64,000 nucleotides of DNA, from contig CAWHUA010000008.1 of assembly GCA_963832375.1 (NCBI GenBank), forward strand, positions 1,451,855 through 1,515,854, written 5' to 3'. The notes below the pieces were generated by a model that saw only the letters and a list, made by a program, of their open reading frames with translations, was not told where the DNA came from and ran no database searches. Of the stretch, positions 16,961-26,510 are shown piece by piece (position 1 is the first letter of the stretch; each line of letters begins with the position of its first letter). A program made the translations under genes and the position numbers. The DNA comes from Vicinamibacterales bacterium. Lineage in GTDB: Bacteria > Acidobacteriota > Vicinamibacteria > Vicinamibacterales > JAMQPK01.

Positions 16961-18235
16961 ATGTCTCAGACACCCGCAATTGCCATTCGTGGCCTCGGCA
17001 AGCGATACCAACTGGGTGAGACGGTTTCTTCCAACACCCTGCGCGATGCTCTCACGGCCGGCGCCAGACGACTCGTCACGCGCGCTCGCGGGACGAGCTC
17101 ACGCCCGACTGACTTCTGGGCGTTGAAGGATGTCTCGTTCGAAGTGGCGCAAGGCGAGGTCGTTGGAATCATTGGCCATAACGGAGCGGGCAAAAGCACC
17201 CTCCTGAAGATCCTGAGCGGCATCACGGAGCCTACCGAAGGAGAAATTCGGGTACGGGGCCGTATCGGCGCACTCCTTGAAGTGGGCACGGGATTCCATC
17301 AGGAACTCTCAGGGCGTGAGAACATCTTCATGAACGGGGCTATCCTGGGCATGACGCAGGCGGATATTCGTCGCAAGTTCGACGAGATCGTGGCGTTCGC
17401 AGGGGTTGAACAGTTCCTTGACACGCCGGTAAAACGCTACTCGTCCGGCATGCTGTTGAGGCTCGGCTTCGCCGTCGCGGCACACCTGGAGCCGGAAATT
17501 CTCGTCATTGACGAAGTGCTCGCGGTCGGGGACGCCGAATTTCAGCGCAAGTGCTTAGGGAAAATCGAAGACGTGTCACAGTCGGGCAGAACGATCCTGT
17601 TCGTGTCGCACAACATGGCCGCGATTGAAGCGTTGTGCGCGAGGGCATTCTGCCTGAACAAGGGACGCGTCGCCTGCCACGGTCCGGTCACCGAAGTGAT
17701 ATCGAACTACCTCGCCCAGGACCCCCACCTCTCGACCAACGGGCAGCCGACGCAAGACACCTCAGGCCGGTTTTCCTTGCGGCTCGAATCGAGCAATGCC
17801 CTGCGGCCAGGCCTGTTCCGAACCGGCGATGACATTTCGATGTGGGTGACTCTCACGTCTGAACCAGAGCCACGGTCAGACCTCGAATTGGTGGTCTCTC
17901 TCCTCTCAAGTGCCAATGAGCGCATCATGACACTTGCCAATTCATACCAGGCAGCGCGCCTGATGCGTACTACTGATAACGCCGCACAATGCGTTATCAG
18001 GAACTGCCGGCTGTCGGCCGGCACGTATCGCGTCCTTCTGAAGGTATTCGACCATCACAAGAACGTGATTGCCAGGCTCGACAAACTGCGCATCACGATC
18101 GTTGAATCGGACTGCTACGGTACCGGCAAGGTCATGCCGCCCAAATTCGGACGCATCGTGCCCGAATGCGAGTGGCGCTACCATTCGATCCCGGCTCCCG
18201 TACACATGCAGCCCGATTCTGCCGCAACAGTGTAG
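16961..18235 (+). CDS. wzt: ABC polysaccharide exporter ATPase with a C-terminal glycan-terminus-binding-type extension
   Basis: Walker A GHNGAGKST, signature YSSGMLLRLGFA, Walker B ILVIDEVLAVGD, H-loop FVSHN. An extra ~170-aa beta-rich C-terminal domain is present, as in Wzt proteins. The ATG directly abuts the wzm stop. Confidence 0.85.
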   Translation: MSQTPAIAIRGLGKRYQLGETVSSNTLRDALTAGARRLVTRARGTSSRPTDFWALKDVSFEVAQGEVVGIIGHNGAGKSTLLKILSGITEPTEGEIRVRGRIGALLEVGTGFHQELSGRENIFMNGAILGMTQADIRRKFDEIVAFAGVEQFLDTPVKRYSSGMLLRLGFAVAAHLEPEILVIDEVLAVGDAEFQRKCLGKIEDVSQSGRTILFVSHNMAAIEALCARAFCLNKGRVACHGPVTEVISNYLAQDPHLSTNGQPTQDTSGRFSLRLESSNALRPGLFRTGDDISMWVTLTSEPEPRSDLELVVSLLSSANERIMTLANSYQAARLMRTTDNAAQCVIRNCRLSAGTYRVLLKVFDHHKNVIARLDKLRITIVESDCYGTGKVMPPKFGRIVPECEWRYHSIPAPVHMQPDSAATV

Positions 18236-18265
18236 CCGGACTCCACCGATCGCCTTCCATTTGTC

Positions 18266-19228
18266 ATGACGTCGCCGCTGGTCAGCATCATCATCCCGTG
18301 CTACAACGCAGCGCCATGGGTTGGCAGGGCCATTGAAAGTGCGCTCCGACAACACCATGCCGCGACCGAGGTCATCGTCATCGACGACGGCTCGACAGAC
18401 GGGAGTCTCGGAGCGATTCAGCGGTTCGCTGGCGCGTTGCGATGGGACAGTGGTCCGCATCAAGGAGGAGGAGCCGCCCGCAACAGAGGGCTGGAACTCG
18501 CGCGGGGAGAATATGTTCAGTTTCTCGATGCCGATGATGAGCTCCTGCCGCAATGTATTGCCAGTAAGCTCGCAGCGGCGATGCAGGATCCCGATGTCTG
18601 CCCGTGCTCTGACTGGATCCGTGAAGGCTGCGACCACACCAGGTCCCATGAAGGCCCACGCCTGGAATCGCCAGATCCGGTCATTTCGGTGCTCAACGGG
18701 TCGATGGCCGTCAGCTCTCCGCTGCATCGCACGCGTGATCTCCGTCTGGTGAACGGCTTTTGTCCGACGCTTCCTTGTTGCCAGGAGCGAGACCTGCATC
18801 TCAGACTGGCCAGTGCGGGCGTGACATTCGCTCGAATCGGCGAACCCCTCTTTGTCGTTTACCGGCACTCTGGAAGCGTGAGTGACAACTACACGAGAGT
18901 GCTCCTTCAACGAGCAGACCTGCTCTCTCGTACAGCCGATCGCCTGCGTCTTTGCGGACATCTCACGAGCGAGCGCCGGCATGCCTTCGCCCGCGCTATC
19001 GCTCTCGATGCACGGCGTCTCTTTCACCGTGGGATGACCGCAGAGGCGAGACGTCACTGGCAAGCCGCTGCACGCCTTGATGTCGAAGGATTGCGTACCG
19101 CGTACAACAACACCTCCATGCGTCGTCTCTCGAGAATGGCAGGGCCAGAAATCACCGAACACACGCTGGCCCTTGTTCGAACCGCCTTTCGGTCGTTGTC
19201 CAGTCGACTCCATCAGCCCAGACGGTGA
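18266..19228 (+). CDS. Glycosyltransferase family 2
   Basis: VSIIIPCYNAAPWVGRAIESALRQ...VIVIDDGSTDGS and QFLDADDEL (DxD). Confidence 0.8.
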   Translation: MTSPLVSIIIPCYNAAPWVGRAIESALRQHHAATEVIVIDDGSTDGSLGAIQRFAGALRWDSGPHQGGGAARNRGLELARGEYVQFLDADDELLPQCIASKLAAAMQDPDVCPCSDWIREGCDHTRSHEGPRLESPDPVISVLNGSMAVSSPLHRTRDLRLVNGFCPTLPCCQERDLHLRLASAGVTFARIGEPLFVVYRHSGSVSDNYTRVLLQRADLLSRTADRLRLCGHLTSERRHAFARAIALDARRLFHRGMTAEARRHWQAAARLDVEGLRTAYNNTSMRRLSRMAGPEITEHTLALVRTAFRSLSSRLHQPRR

Positions 19229-20445
19229 ACGTCATCTACGTCACGGTTTCCGAGACACTGAGCTCAGTCGTCGAGTCGCAGTTGCTGCTGCCCGCGTCTC
19301 TGGGTCGCGCCACTGGCTCGGTCACTTGGCTGGCATTCACACCCCTGGGCCAGCTGATTCGTCCGCAATTGCGCCGCAAGGTCGTGGAGTTGAAGCGGAG
19401 GGCCGAGCGCGAGTTTGGCGTTCGCTTACACATCGTGCCGACCGCCCCCGCCCGTTACGCGACCACCCGGATGGCGCAGTGGTGGGCTCGACTCCAAATG
19501 GCCCGATTCCTCGGACGAGCGACCCCCAACATCGTTCACGCTCGAGGCAGCCTTGCGACCATCATGGTGCTGGAAGCACGCCGCCATTTGAACGCCGCCT
19601 TCCGGACGGTATTCGACTGTCGCGGTGACGCACCGGCCGAAAATGTAGCAGAGAGCGGGTCCGATCTTGCAGCGCAGGACCTGTGGTCTGTGGAGCAGCG
19701 CCGCATTTACGACCTGGCGCTTTCTCGCGAGGCCGCCGCGTGTGACGCCGACGAGATCATCGCTGTATCGACCAAAATGTTTCACGTGCTGACAACACGA
19801 CACAAGGTTCCGGCCTCGAAAGTGCGGTTGCAGCCGTGCAACGTCGATCTCACACAATTTGTCGAACCCGATCGTGACGACGCAAGACGGCGAATTGGCG
19901 TCACGAGTGAATTTGTCGTCGGCTATCTGGGATCACTCGAGTGGTATCAATTGGCGGACCATATGCTCAGGGTGTTCCGGCTGATTCAGACAGTCCGTTC
20001 CAACGCGCTTTTCGTTGCCATCACCAATCACCCTGATCGCATGCGTTCGGCGCTGGTCGGCGCGGGCATTCACGAATCTGCGTTCCGAGTGCTTTGTGTA
20101 CACCGGCGTGACGTGCCCGGAATACTGCCCGCATTGGATGTCGGACTGCTGCTCCGCCGCTCTGACGCACTCAATGCGGTGGCGTGCCCGGTCAAATTTG
20201 CGGAGTACCTCGCATCTGGCGTGCCGGTGGTCATCACACCCGGCGTTGGTGACTGCTCCGACATCGTTGCGACGGAAACACTTGGTGCCTGCGTCTCGCT
20301 GGAACGTGATGACGCCGAGCTGCTCGGGGCCCTCGCTCCTGTCCTTCAGACGACGCAGGGTGAGGCGGCCGCGTTGGCGAGGCGATGTCGTCAATATGCA
20401 GCGGAACACCTTTCGTGGCAGTCATATCTGCGGATCACGGCCTGA
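19225..20445 (+). CDS. GT-B fold glycosyltransferase (GT4-like)
   Basis: 406 aa. The GTG start overlaps the previous stop (GTGA). The C-terminal half reads ...VACPVKFAEYLASGVPVVITPGVGD. The family call is weaker than for its neighbours. Confidence 0.55.
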   Translation: MNVIYVTVSETLSSVVESQLLLPASLGRATGSVTWLAFTPLGQLIRPQLRRKVVELKRRAEREFGVRLHIVPTAPARYATTRMAQWWARLQMARFLGRATPNIVHARGSLATIMVLEARRHLNAAFRTVFDCRGDAPAENVAESGSDLAAQDLWSVEQRRIYDLALSREAAACDADEIIAVSTKMFHVLTTRHKVPASKVRLQPCNVDLTQFVEPDRDDARRRIGVTSEFVVGYLGSLEWYQLADHMLRVFRLIQTVRSNALFVAITNHPDRMRSALVGAGIHESAFRVLCVHRRDVPGILPALDVGLLLRRSDALNAVACPVKFAEYLASGVPVVITPGVGDCSDIVATETLGACVSLERDDAELLGALAPVLQTTQGEAAALARRCRQYAAEHLSWQSYLRITA

Positions 20446-20483
20446 GCCATGCCTCCCTCAACAGCCGGTCGCGGCTGCCCTTC

Positions 20484-21602
20484 ATGGTGAAGGTCGCAGC
20501 CTATACGTCGCCGCTGAGGATGGATCCAACGCCGACCGGCGTCGGCCAGCATATCCATGGGATGTTCTCGGCCTTGCAGCAGCGCGACGACGTCCTCTTC
20601 AGCCTCATTTCGCCCCGCGGAACCAGGCACGACGCAGACGGTCTCATTGCGTCGCATGCCCGTTCGCGGCTCGTGCCGCTGCCCCTTCCCGACCGCCTGC
20701 TGCGCATGACGACCACCTGGGCTTCGCTCGTGAACGTCGACCCCTGGCTACAGGATGAGGACTGGGTGTACGCCCCGGTTGAGCAGCCGGTCACGACGCG
20801 CCGGCGGCTCGCCGTGACGGTTCACGATCTCTACCCGTTCGAACCGACAGTGGCGGGCATCCCAGACAAGAGAACGGCGGGCATCAGCTGGCGCCGAAGG
20901 CTGAAGCGCATTCTTGAACGCGCGAACGTAATTGCGACTGTATCGGATTTTACGCGGTCGCGAATGCTCGACCTCTTCGACGTTCGTCATCCCGAGCGAA
21001 TTGTCGTGGTGGGAAACGGCGGGTCTGAGGGCTTCGACGGCACGGTACGGCCTGATGATGAGCGCGTTCTCGCACGTTATGGTCTCAAACCTGGTTTCAT
21101 CCTTTTCCCGGCGAGCCTTACTTGGAAGAAAGGCGGAGACCTGCTGTTGCGGGTCGCCATGGAGGCACGCGCTCAGGGGATGTCGCTGGAGTTTGCCGTT
21201 ACCGGCCGGCGGCACGACGCCGACCTGCTGACCCGCATGCGGCAGCTCGACGATGGTGCGGGCCTTCCGGTTACGCTGCTCGGATATGTCGCAAAGCATG
21301 AGCTCGCGGCAATGTACCGACGTGCAGCGGCGACGCTCGTCCTTTCACGTTACGAAGGATTCGGAATTCCCGTCGTTGAGGCCCTGGCCAGCGGCTGCCC
21401 CCTTTTCATCAGCAAGCACGCGGCACTCATGGAGGTGGCGGCCGGGCAGGGCATCCTCGTCGACGACGATCCCGGTTGCATCCTGACGGCGCTCGTCAAC
21501 CACCGGCCTCCGGCCGCGTCGTGCAGTCGACCGAACTGGGCGGCCTCCAGCCATCACACGTGGGCCAACAGCGCAGCCAAGCTGGTGAGTGCTCTTCAGT
21601 GA
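20484..21602 (+). CDS. Glycosyltransferase family 4
   Basis: Start at MVKVAAYTSPL (internal Met of ORF 20385..21602, after the upstream stop at 20445). EX7E region: SRYEGFGIPVVEALASGCPLFIS. Confidence 0.75.
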   Translation: MVKVAAYTSPLRMDPTPTGVGQHIHGMFSALQQRDDVLFSLISPRGTRHDADGLIASHARSRLVPLPLPDRLLRMTTTWASLVNVDPWLQDEDWVYAPVEQPVTTRRRLAVTVHDLYPFEPTVAGIPDKRTAGISWRRRLKRILERANVIATVSDFTRSRMLDLFDVRHPERIVVVGNGGSEGFDGTVRPDDERVLARYGLKPGFILFPASLTWKKGGDLLLRVAMEARAQGMSLEFAVTGRRHDADLLTRMRQLDDGAGLPVTLLGYVAKHELAAMYRRAAATLVLSRYEGFGIPVVEALASGCPLFISKHAALMEVAAGQGILVDDDPGCILTALVNHRPPAASCSRPNWAASSHHTWANSAAKLVSALQ

Positions 21603-21631
21603 CAAGCGGGCGTGATCTTCATGCGGTTGCG

Positions 21632-22777
21632 ATGCTCCAGACGCAACGGCCTATCCGAGTGTTGCACGTCATCAATGGACTCTTTTCAGGCGGTGGACAC
21701 CGCTCCACCGCAATCCTGGCGGATGAATCTCGACGATTCCCCTCTCTCCATACCTGCCTCTGCACGCTGGGACACCAGGGAACGCCCTCGTCGGCGGCTG
21801 CCGGACAGCTCACGATTCCATACAACGGGCGCTACAACCGTGCTTCGGTCCTCTTCACGACCGCACGACGGCTACGAAAGCTGCTCGACTCGCAGAATAT
21901 CGACATCGTGCACACGCATGGTGTCGACGCTGATCTGATCGGGGCGCTCGCGACGGTTCGTCAATCGACGCGGCACGTCAGTCACCTCAGAATCATGCCG
22001 CCGAGTACTCGACACGCCTCCTGGCGAAGAGCCATACGACGCCGACTATTTCAGATGGTGACTCGTTGGAAGGGCACGTGGTTCATCGCGGTATCCGACG
22101 CCGTGCGTCGGGAGATGTGCGCGTACTACGACCTGCCGGCGGATCGGGTGATCACCGTGAGGAACGGCATTGACGTGGACGACTTTGCTGACGAGAGCGG
22201 TTCGACACCGCGCTCGCCCCAGACCGGCAGCCGTGGAAGCTTCGTCATTGGAACGGCAGCACGGCTTGTGCCGGGGAAAGGCCTCGAAGGCCTGCTCGAC
22301 GCGATCGCCCAGCTTCACGCACAAGGCGTTCGCTGCGAACTCAGGGTGGCGGGCGATGGCAGCTTGCGGTCGCCGCTGGCGCACTTGAGTGAACGATTGA
22401 ATGTGGCCGCGTCGGTGACCTTCCTGGGGCACGTGCACGACATGCGGGACTTCTATCGACGGTTGGACATGTTTGTGCTCCCATCGTCTTCTGAGGGTCT
22501 GCCACTGTCTCTCCTTGAAGCCATGGCGGCAGGTGTCCCGGTTGTCGCAAGCCATGTGGGCGGTATTCCGGAGGTCATTGTCGACGGTGTCCATGGATTG
22601 CTCGTCGAGCCGGACAATCCGTCTGCGCTGATAGCGGCGATGAAGAGACTCGCGACCGATCCTGGCCTGCGTCATGAACTTGCGTGCGCTGCGGCGGCAC
22701 GCGTGGCGTCGGAGTTTACGGCTGCCCGCGTGGCTCGAGAGGTTACGCGTGTCTACGAGGCGATCCTGTCTCAATGA
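21632..22777 (+). CDS. Glycosyltransferase family 4
   Basis: Start at MLQTQRPIRVLHVINGLFSGGGH (ATG 21632). Motif: PSSSEGLPLSLLEAMAAGVPVVASHVGGIPEVI. Confidence 0.8.
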   Translation: MLQTQRPIRVLHVINGLFSGGGHRSTAILADESRRFPSLHTCLCTLGHQGTPSSAAAGQLTIPYNGRYNRASVLFTTARRLRKLLDSQNIDIVHTHGVDADLIGALATVRQSTRHVSHLRIMPPSTRHASWRRAIRRRLFQMVTRWKGTWFIAVSDAVRREMCAYYDLPADRVITVRNGIDVDDFADESGSTPRSPQTGSRGSFVIGTAARLVPGKGLEGLLDAIAQLHAQGVRCELRVAGDGSLRSPLAHLSERLNVAASVTFLGHVHDMRDFYRRLDMFVLPSSSEGLPLSLLEAMAAGVPVVASHVGGIPEVIVDGVHGLLVEPDNPSALIAAMKRLATDPGLRHELACAAAARVASEFTAARVAREVTRVYEAILSQ

Positions 22778-22784
22778 TCCCCAG

Positions 22785-23858
22785 ATGATGGTCTCCGCGC
22801 ATCACTCGCCTCAACGGCCTGAATCGGGTTGGCTTGATCCAGCCGAAACCAGGCACTTGGTGTCTGTGATCGTTCCGACCTACAACCGGCGGGCGGTCAT
22901 CCTGGACACGCTGGAGAGCGTCCGTTCTCAGTGCTACAGACCGATCGAGCTCATCGTCGTTGATGACGGCTCGACCGACGACACGGCGTCGCTGGTTCGA
23001 CCATGGCTGGAATCGCAGGACTCGAACGATTTCCGCGCCACATTTATCGCGCTTTCTCATCAGGGCGTCAGTGCCGCACGGAATGCCGGCCTCGTTCGCT
23101 CAAAGGGTCAGTTCATTCAGTTTCTGGACAGTGATGACGTCATGCATCCACGCGCGCTGACCGAGTGCGTGGCACAATTTCATTCTGACGACATCGATAC
23201 CGTCGTCTTTCGACATCGGATATTCCGCAGCATTGACGATATCCGGCACGAGCTCGCCACCGTTCCAAGTCCGAATCCATTCTCGCGCGATCCCGAAAGG
23301 CGTCCCTTCTTTACACGGATGGGCTGGGATCTATGGATGGCCCTCTATCGCAGGTCGCTGGTGGTCAAGGCCGGGCCGTTTCAGGCGGACATTTTGAAGG
23401 GTGAGACATATCGCAGCACCGTTCGGCTGAAACTCTGCTCCACAGGACGGCACTACGTTCCCTTGACGCTCATGTACTACCGTCGCGGGACCACGAATGC
23501 GCTGACGTCCGTGGGGCCGGTGCTGGGTTTACCGCAAGCGGCCAAGGTCGTTCAGGCGGTGCACGACTCCCTATCCGAGTTCCATGTTGACGACCCGCTG
23601 GAATGGAGGGCGCTCGCGCGACGGGCGCTGATTGCGTACGTCAGATGTGTTCAGTACGGTGTCACGACCGGTCGCCACGACTCGCTGCGTATCGCGCGAC
23701 GTGCGGCTGCACGCTGGAGCCCTCTCGCAGGCGTGCCGCTGAGTCTTCCCGAATGGGTCCTCAGCTCAATCTTCCGCTTTCTGACGGCTGTCAGGAATGC
23801 AGCGCGGCGCCGGCAGGCGTGGGTTGTCACGAGAGTATCCAGTCGATCATGTTCCTGA
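22785..23858 (+). CDS. Glycosyltransferase family 2
   Basis: VSVIVPTYNRRAVILDTLESVRSQCYRPIELIVVDDGSTDDT and QFLDSDDVM. Confidence 0.8.
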   Translation: MMVSAHHSPQRPESGWLDPAETRHLVSVIVPTYNRRAVILDTLESVRSQCYRPIELIVVDDGSTDDTASLVRPWLESQDSNDFRATFIALSHQGVSAARNAGLVRSKGQFIQFLDSDDVMHPRALTECVAQFHSDDIDTVVFRHRIFRSIDDIRHELATVPSPNPFSRDPERRPFFTRMGWDLWMALYRRSLVVKAGPFQADILKGETYRSTVRLKLCSTGRHYVPLTLMYYRRGTTNALTSVGPVLGLPQAAKVVQAVHDSLSEFHVDDPLEWRALARRALIAYVRCVQYGVTTGRHDSLRIARRAAARWSPLAGVPLSLPEWVLSSIFRFLTAVRNAARRRQAWVVTRVSSRSCS

Positions 23859-25237
23859 CACTTCTGGCGCTGACCGGGCTCGTTCTAGCCACTGGAACGG
23901 TCGTGGCCTACCGCAGGACGGCGGATATTCTGCACCCGATGCTGTTTCTTGGGCCGCTCTTCTTGTACAGCACGGTCCTGGAACCGTGGTTGGTTCGTGA
24001 TGGTCTGGGCCCATACTTCCCGCATCCAGAAGATCTGAATCTTGTCCTCCTGCTTCACCTCCTGGCCATCGCCGCATTGGTGATTGGAATTCTCAGCAGG
24101 CCCGGGCGGCGGGTTCAGGCAAGTGCGCCGCTGGGGGAGAGCTCCCGCGCCAGGCTCAGTCTCGTGGCCGCTGCACTGGCGATTGTCGGACTGACGGCGT
24201 ATGTCTGGGGCATTGTGAACGCCGGCGGATTCTTCGCCGCATTCTCTCAGGTGAAAGGTGGCGGCAGTACCGGTTTCGGATACATCAACGAAGCGATGAA
24301 CCTCGGATTGGCGGCCGCCGCGATGTCGTCAATCATTCAATATCGACGCGGATGGACGGGTTGGACGCTGCTGCTGCTCGTCTCGGGCCTTTTGCCGAAC
24401 CTGATCCAGGGCACGTTCGGCGGTCGCCGTGGCCCCCTCTTCCTGGGGCTGGCCACGCTCCTGATCGCGTGGGTCGTGACCCGACGCCGCACTCCCAGCC
24501 TGGCCACGGCAGGCGTTGCGCTTGCCGCAATTCTGACAGCCATGGTGTTTGTCGCATCCCAACGTCAGCATCTTCATCTGGGTGCCTCGGAGCAGGCAAT
24601 CAGATGGGACGACTTCCTGAACAGCTTGATGCAGGAGAAAGTGGACGAAGGCAACAACTTCGTGTACGGCGCGGGCTTCGTGCTGACGACGCAGAAAGCT
24701 GACCGTTTCACCTGGGGACGCGAACTCATCATCAACTTGTTCGTCCGACCGGTGCCTCGGCAGCTCTGGCCGACCAAGTACCAAGATACCGGGGCGATTT
24801 GGATCACTTCCAATCACCCTGGGATTGGACACCTCACCGAAAGTGAGTGGCGGTCGGCCGTCGGCTGGGTTCCTCTGCAAGGTTCTTCCGCAATGTGCAT
24901 CTCAGACCTGTTCGGAGAGTTCGGATGGGGTGCCATCGCAGTGATGTATCTCATCGGCCGGGGGTTCGCTGAGCTCCGATTCCGCAGGCAGACCCGGCAG
25001 GGTGTGTGGAACCTGCTCTACCTCGAAGCATTGATGCTCTCTATTTACCTGGCGACTCAAAGCTTCTCTGCTTTTTACCATCGATATCTCATCCTTGCGT
25101 GTCCAACGCTCATTGTGTGGCAGGTGTTTGTCGGTCAACACTCGGTGTCCACGCGCACGGCGCTGGCGCAGCGATATCGTCGTTCGGCCGCCAACGGCGG
25201 ACTCAATCGGGAAAGGCTGGGTAAGGCTCTTGGATAA
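23849..25237 (+). CDS. Polytopic membrane protein, O-antigen polymerase (Wzy) / ligase-like
   Basis: Start at MFLTLLALTGLVLA (ATG 23849, 10-nt overlap with the upstream gene). About 10-12 hydrophobic segments and a large loop with ...FVRPVPRQLWPTKY.., reminiscent of repeat-unit polymerases. I cannot separate Wzy from WaaL-type by eye. Confidence 0.5.
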   Translation: MFLTLLALTGLVLATGTVVAYRRTADILHPMLFLGPLFLYSTVLEPWLVRDGLGPYFPHPEDLNLVLLLHLLAIAALVIGILSRPGRRVQASAPLGESSRARLSLVAAALAIVGLTAYVWGIVNAGGFFAAFSQVKGGGSTGFGYINEAMNLGLAAAAMSSIIQYRRGWTGWTLLLLVSGLLPNLIQGTFGGRRGPLFLGLATLLIAWVVTRRRTPSLATAGVALAAILTAMVFVASQRQHLHLGASEQAIRWDDFLNSLMQEKVDEGNNFVYGAGFVLTTQKADRFTWGRELIINLFVRPVPRQLWPTKYQDTGAIWITSNHPGIGHLTESEWRSAVGWVPLQGSSAMCISDLFGEFGWGAIAVMYLIGRGFAELRFRRQTRQGVWNLLYLEALMLSIYLATQSFSAFYHRYLILACPTLIVWQVFVGQHSVSTRTALAQRYRRSAANGGLNRERLGKALG

Positions 25238-25244
25238 GGTCGCT

Positions 25245-26510
25245 GTGAGCGGTTGCGGGTCGCGCAGTCCCCGTGTCCTGGTTGCGCAGATCGGCTCCCG
25301 CCGCCGCTATGCTGTTCCGCGTGGTCTCGCACACGCGGGCTGCCTTCATTCGCTGATCACCGATGCGTGCGGTGCCGTGGAACCGTGGCGATACCTGCAA
25401 TCGGTCTTGCCACCGAGCCTGCGACCGCAGTCACTGCAGGCCGTGTTCGAGCGACGCATAGAAGACGTCTCGGCCGACCGGATTAAAGGCTGCCTGCCAT
25501 TCGTCCTCGCCACAACCATCGGTCACCATCGGGCTCGCACGCGGGAATCGAAAGCGAGTTTCTGGGCGCGCCAGAATGAGCAATTTGGAAGGGCCGTCGC
25601 CAGCGCCGACTGGGGCACCGCCGACACCGTGTACGCATTCAACGGCGCCGCACTTGAGATATTCGAACGCGCTCATCGAAGTGGTCTTCGCTGCATCCTC
25701 GATCAGACATCCGCGCCCTGGCGCCACAATACGCGGCTTTTGCTCCAGGAACAGGAGAAATGGCCGCGCTGGGAGGAGCATCCGGCCGACGTGGACTCGA
25801 CCGGGCAGATGATTCGGCGAGAAGAGGCAGAGTGGAAGCTCGCTGACCAGATCATTTGCGGCTCACCCTTTGTCGTTGAAGCTATTCGCAATGCCAGCGG
25901 CCCTGTTGAGAAATGCCGTGTCGTGACCTACCCCATCCCGGAACACTCAGCCCGGCGGGAACCGAACCCGATTTGCAGTGCGCGCGCGCTTCGCGTCTTG
26001 TTTGTCGGCACCCTGCAGCTCCGCAAGGGCATTCAGTACGTCTTTGAATCGGCGCGGCATCTTGCCGGCGAACGTTTCGAGTTCCGCGCAGTGGGACCGA
26101 GTGCTCTCACGCAGTCTGCGGAACGCGCCCTCGCGACCTTCGTCGATGTGCGTGGGCAGGTGGGGCGCAACGATGTCTGGCGACACTATCAGTGGGCGGA
26201 TGTGTTCTTCCTGCCAACGTTGTCGGAAGGCAGCGCCAACGTCTGCTGGGAAGCGTTGTCAACGGGAACTTACGTCCTCACGTCGAGCGCTGCGGGCCTT
26301 ACGGAAGCTGATGCGGACATCTGTCCCGGTGATCCCGAGGTGATGGTCGATCGCTTGAGGCGTCTGCGCGATCTCACCGCGCGACCAAAGGGCCGGCATG
26401 GCCGTTTCGCGAGGGTCCGTTCCGTGAAGGACTATGGGGTCGACTTACGGCAGGTGCTGTGCAGGTCGTCACGACTGGCATCCTCACCGCATCTCACAGA
26501 CATACCATGA
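25245..26510 (+). CDS. GT-B fold glycosyltransferase (GT4-like)
   Basis: Probable GTG start at 25245, after the upstream stop at 25237. Motifs: RVLFVGTLQLRKGIQY... and LPTLSEGSANVCWEALSTGTYVLTS (EX7E). Confidence 0.55.
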   Translation: MSGCGSRSPRVLVAQIGSRRRYAVPRGLAHAGCLHSLITDACGAVEPWRYLQSVLPPSLRPQSLQAVFERRIEDVSADRIKGCLPFVLATTIGHHRARTRESKASFWARQNEQFGRAVASADWGTADTVYAFNGAALEIFERAHRSGLRCILDQTSAPWRHNTRLLLQEQEKWPRWEEHPADVDSTGQMIRREEAEWKLADQIICGSPFVVEAIRNASGPVEKCRVVTYPIPEHSARREPNPICSARALRVLFVGTLQLRKGIQYVFESARHLAGERFEFRAVGPSALTQSAERALATFVDVRGQVGRNDVWRHYQWADVFFLPTLSEGSANVCWEALSTGTYVLTSSAAGLTEADADICPGDPEVMVDRLRRLRDLTARPKGRHGRFARVRSVKDYGVDLRQVLCRSSRLASSPHLTDIP

